This document shows positions 60,766 to 64,000 of a stretch of DNA of 64,000 nt, piece by piece (the first letter of the stretch is position 1; every line of letters begins with the position of its first letter). The notes under the pieces were generated by a model. The model had not been told where the DNA came from, did no database searches, and was given only the letters and a program-made list of their open reading frames with translations. The DNA is taken from NCBI RefSeq assembly GCF_018350175.1, contig NC_058368.1, positions 15,006,001-15,070,000 of the forward strand, given 5' to 3'. The DNA comes from Felis catus. Its lineage: Eukaryota. The translations under genes and the position numbers were made by a program.

Positions 60766-62000
60766 AAATAAGGTTCAACTTCATGCTCTTTACATTTAAA
60801 GATACCCTTTAAATATAAAGACATATTTAGGTTACAAAAAAACATGCAAACACTAATCACAAGAAAGCTATATGAATATCAAGGTGGATTTTAAGATGAA
60901 GCACTAGCATAGATAATTAGCACTTATCATTTCCTAACAAGTGGTCAATTCATTTAGAAGACAGTCACCTAACAATTTCAAAATACATGAAGCAAAAACT
61001 GACAGGAATGAAGTAAAAAGTAGAGCAATCTACAGTTACCACTGGACATTTATCTCTCAGAAAAATCAATAAGGATACAGAATATATATGAAAAACACTA
61101 TCAACCAATTCTACCTTATTAATATTTAGAACACTATGCCCAAACAGAAAACATTCTCTTCAAGTGCATGTGGAATACTCATCAAAGGCAACCATACTTT
61201 GGGCCATAAAACAAATCTCAGAAAATATCAAAGGACAGAAACCTGACAGAATATATTCTCAGATGATAATGTAATTCAGTTTTCCAATCCTTGGAAAATC
61301 TCCAAATATTTGGAAGCTAAGTTATACTTCTAAATAATCATTGGTCAAAGAAAAAATCACAAGGGATATGAGAAAAATACTTTGAACTAAATGATAGTGG
61401 AAATGTAATAAGTCAAAATTTATGAGATGCAGCTAAAGCACTGATAAGAAAAAAAACTTTTATAAATGGAAATTTACAGTTTTAAATACTTTTATTATAA
61501 AGGAAGAGAAGGTTAAAATCGATGATTTATGTTTCTACTTAAGAAAATGGGAAAAAGAACAAAGTAGACACAAAGAGGAAATGACAGAGTAGAATCAGTG
61601 AAATATAAAATGGGCAAATAATAGAGAAAATAAATGAATAAAAATCTGGTTCACTGAAAAAAAAATAATAAAACAGATAAACCCCTTGTGAGACTGATCA
61701 AGAAAAAAAAAAAAGAAAGAAAACACAAATTATCAATGCCAGGAATGAAAGAATATCATCAGAGACCTACAGACATTAAAAGGATTATAAGAGAGTATTA
61801 TGAACAAAAAGTCATTCAAAAAATTTAACACCTTGGGTTAAATGAACAAATTTCTTGAAAGACATAAACTAACTGAGAGGAAAAACACAGAAAATCTAGT
61901 CCTATAATCATTAAAGGAATTGAATTTTTAATTAAAACTTTCCCACAGAGAAAAGTCCAAGCCTAGATTACTTCACTGTTAAATTCTATGAAACATATCA

Positions 62001-62058
62001 TAGAAACTCTTTTAGAGAACTCTTTTAGAAAACTCTTTTAGAAACTCTTTTAGAAAAC
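62001..62058. repeat. 12-13-bp minisatellite (tagaaactcttt) x about 4.5
   Basis: Direct reading. Confidence 0.9.
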
Positions 62059-62908
62059 AGAAGAAAGACTTTCTATTTCATTTTATGAGGTCAGCATTTC
62101 CAATACCAAAATCCAATAAAGACATAAGAAATTTAGATACCAAGAACCTTCATGAACACAGATAATTAACAAAAATTAACAAAATACTAGCAAATCAAAT
62201 CTAGCAATAAAAAAATACACTAAGATAGAGTACAGCATTTTAAAAAAATCAATGTAACCAGTACATTAACAGAAGAAAGGAGAACACCATACAATCAGTT
62301 TAATATATACCAAAAACATACAGACAAAATTTTACATCCATTCATGATGAAAACTTGAACCAGCAACAGAAGAAAACTTTCTTAAGCTAATAAAAGGCAT
62401 GTACAAAAACAGAGTCTACATCATGTGTAATGGTAAAAGACCTAATACTTTCCCTGTAAGACTGTAAACAAAACAAGGATTTACCTTCATCACTTCTAAT
62501 TCAAAAAACTGGCCAAAGCATTAAGGTAAAAAATAGAAATAGCCAAAGATTGGAAAGAAAAATGTCTTTATTCACAGATGACATAATTGTGTATGTGAGA
62601 AATCTAAAAAAATGACTAGAAGTGATGAATAGATAAAGCTAGGTCATGGGATACTAGGTCAACATACAAAATAAATTTAATTCTAGATATTACTTATGAA
62701 AATTTTGGAAATATGAATAAAAAAACTGCTTAAAACAAAATGTTTTAAAACTTCCCAAAACATTCAGAAATAATAAACTACAAAACACTGTTGAAATAAA
62801 GATCTTTTTAAAAATGGAGAGATGAACTGCCAGAATCAATACTGTTCAACATCAATTTTCCCCCAAACCGATCTACTGATTCAGCACAATCCAAATCAAT
62901 ATCTTAGC

Positions 62909-63092
62909 GGGAGCACCTGGGTGGCTCAGTCTGTTAAGCATCAGACTCTTTTGGCTCAGGTCATGATTTCACAGTTTGTGAGACTGAGCCCCTGCATTGG
63001 CATTCTCTCTCGCTCACTCTCTCTCTCTTCCCCTTCACCATGCACGCACTCTTTCTCTCTCTCAAAATAAATAAATAAACTTAAAAAAAAAA
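62909..63092 (+). mobile_element. Can-SINE
   Basis: Head, CT tract, A tail. Confidence 0.92.
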
Positions 63093-63302
63093 TCCTAACA
63101 GGATTTCCTTAAAAGAAAGAAATTGACAAGCTTATTTTCAAATTTACATGAAAATTCAAAGTACCTTTAATATCCAAAGCAACTTGAAAATGAGAAACAA
63201 AGTTGGAAGACTTTATCTGATTTTTGAGACTAGAAAAGCTAAATAATCACTACAGTGTATTACTGGAGTGAAGAAGAAAGAAAAGTAGGTCAGTGAAACA
63301 GG

Positions 63303-63512
63303 GAATCTAGAAATACACTGATATGGTAGTTGGTTTTTATGAAAGTACCAAAACAATTCACTAAAGAATGGGAAGTCTTTTCAACAAAATCTTAAAAATC
63401 TCCATCTGAATCTAGAAATACACTGATATGGTAGTTGGTTTTTATGAAAGTACCAAAACAATTCACTAAAGAATGGGAAGTCTTTTCAACAAAATCTTAA
63501 AAATCTGCATCT
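63303..63512. repeat. 105-bp tandem duplication, 2 copies, 1 mismatch
   Basis: 63303-63407 equals 63408-63512 except atctccatct / atctgcatct. Confidence 0.97.
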
Positions 63513-64000
63513 GAAAAAAAATTTCAACAATCACTTCATCTCATACATATAAATTAAGATAAATAATCATAAAAGCTAAAACTATAAAATAAAACATCCT
63601 GTAGACAACATAGGGGCATGTAATTGAACTTGGTGGTAGGCAATGGCTGCTGATACAGGATAGAGACAGCATATTTTTAAATACTGATAAATTGTACTTG
63701 AAAATTTCTGCTGATCAAAAGATGTGACTGTTCGCAAAAAAGAATAGTGAGCCACAGGTTAGAAGAAAATATTTGTAGACATAAATTTGGCAAAGGATTT
63801 GAATCCAGAATATTAAAGAGCTCCTATAACTCAATGATAAAAACACAAGTAAGCACATTTTTTTAATGGGCAAAAGATTTGAACAGACTGTTCATAAAAG
63901 AAGATATACAAATGGCCAAACACATGTGAAAAGCTGCTCAACCTCATTAATCATCAGGAAAATGCAAATTTAGAATCACAATTAGATCATACTCCACAAC

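Larger units (their letters stand above)
59220..64000 (+). mobile_element. Long ancient L1M (inter-ORF region through ORF2), interrupted; continues past the window end
   Basis: Endonuclease and RT remnants (acattctcttcaagtgcatgtggaa, ttattcacagatgacataattg = FTDDII, gatatacaaatggcc). Confidence 0.88.

Noticed and set aside
9377..63092. Recurring ~200-bp units and recurring ORFs (MAQSVKRPTSAQV...) as a gene family, tRNAs or a CRISPR-like array
   Set aside because: These are dispersed Can-SINEs with tRNA-derived heads, CT tracts, A tails and TSDs. There is no regular repeat-spacer period and no complete cloverleaf.

Overview
Eukaryotic, repeat-dominated DNA from a cat-family (felid) genome, judged from the tRNA-derived Can-SINE heads of the SINEC_Fc type. 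More than half of the window is interspersed repeat: a fairly young but frameshifted L1 3' half at 1-2955, many older L1M fragments, about 27 Can-SINEs (several with clear TSDs, some nested), L2 and MIR relics, three MLT1 (MaLR) LTRs, and DNA-transposon fossils (MER82, Tigger2-type, MER3, MER5A, MER102). I found no intact protein-coding gene, RNA gene or CRISPR array. Nearly all listed ORFs are L1, SINE or low-complexity artefacts. The window reads like large intron(s), probably of a minus-strand gene: retroposons are biased to the plus strand, and several short minus-strand segments have near-consensus splice sites. The best of these is a 17-nt microexon at 52475-52491, followed by a possible terminal exon. 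I could not name the gene. I do not see a supportable new biological system; the findings are candidate microexons, candidate regulatory sites and informative insertion or duplication events. Repeat boundaries and subfamily names are by-eye estimates.
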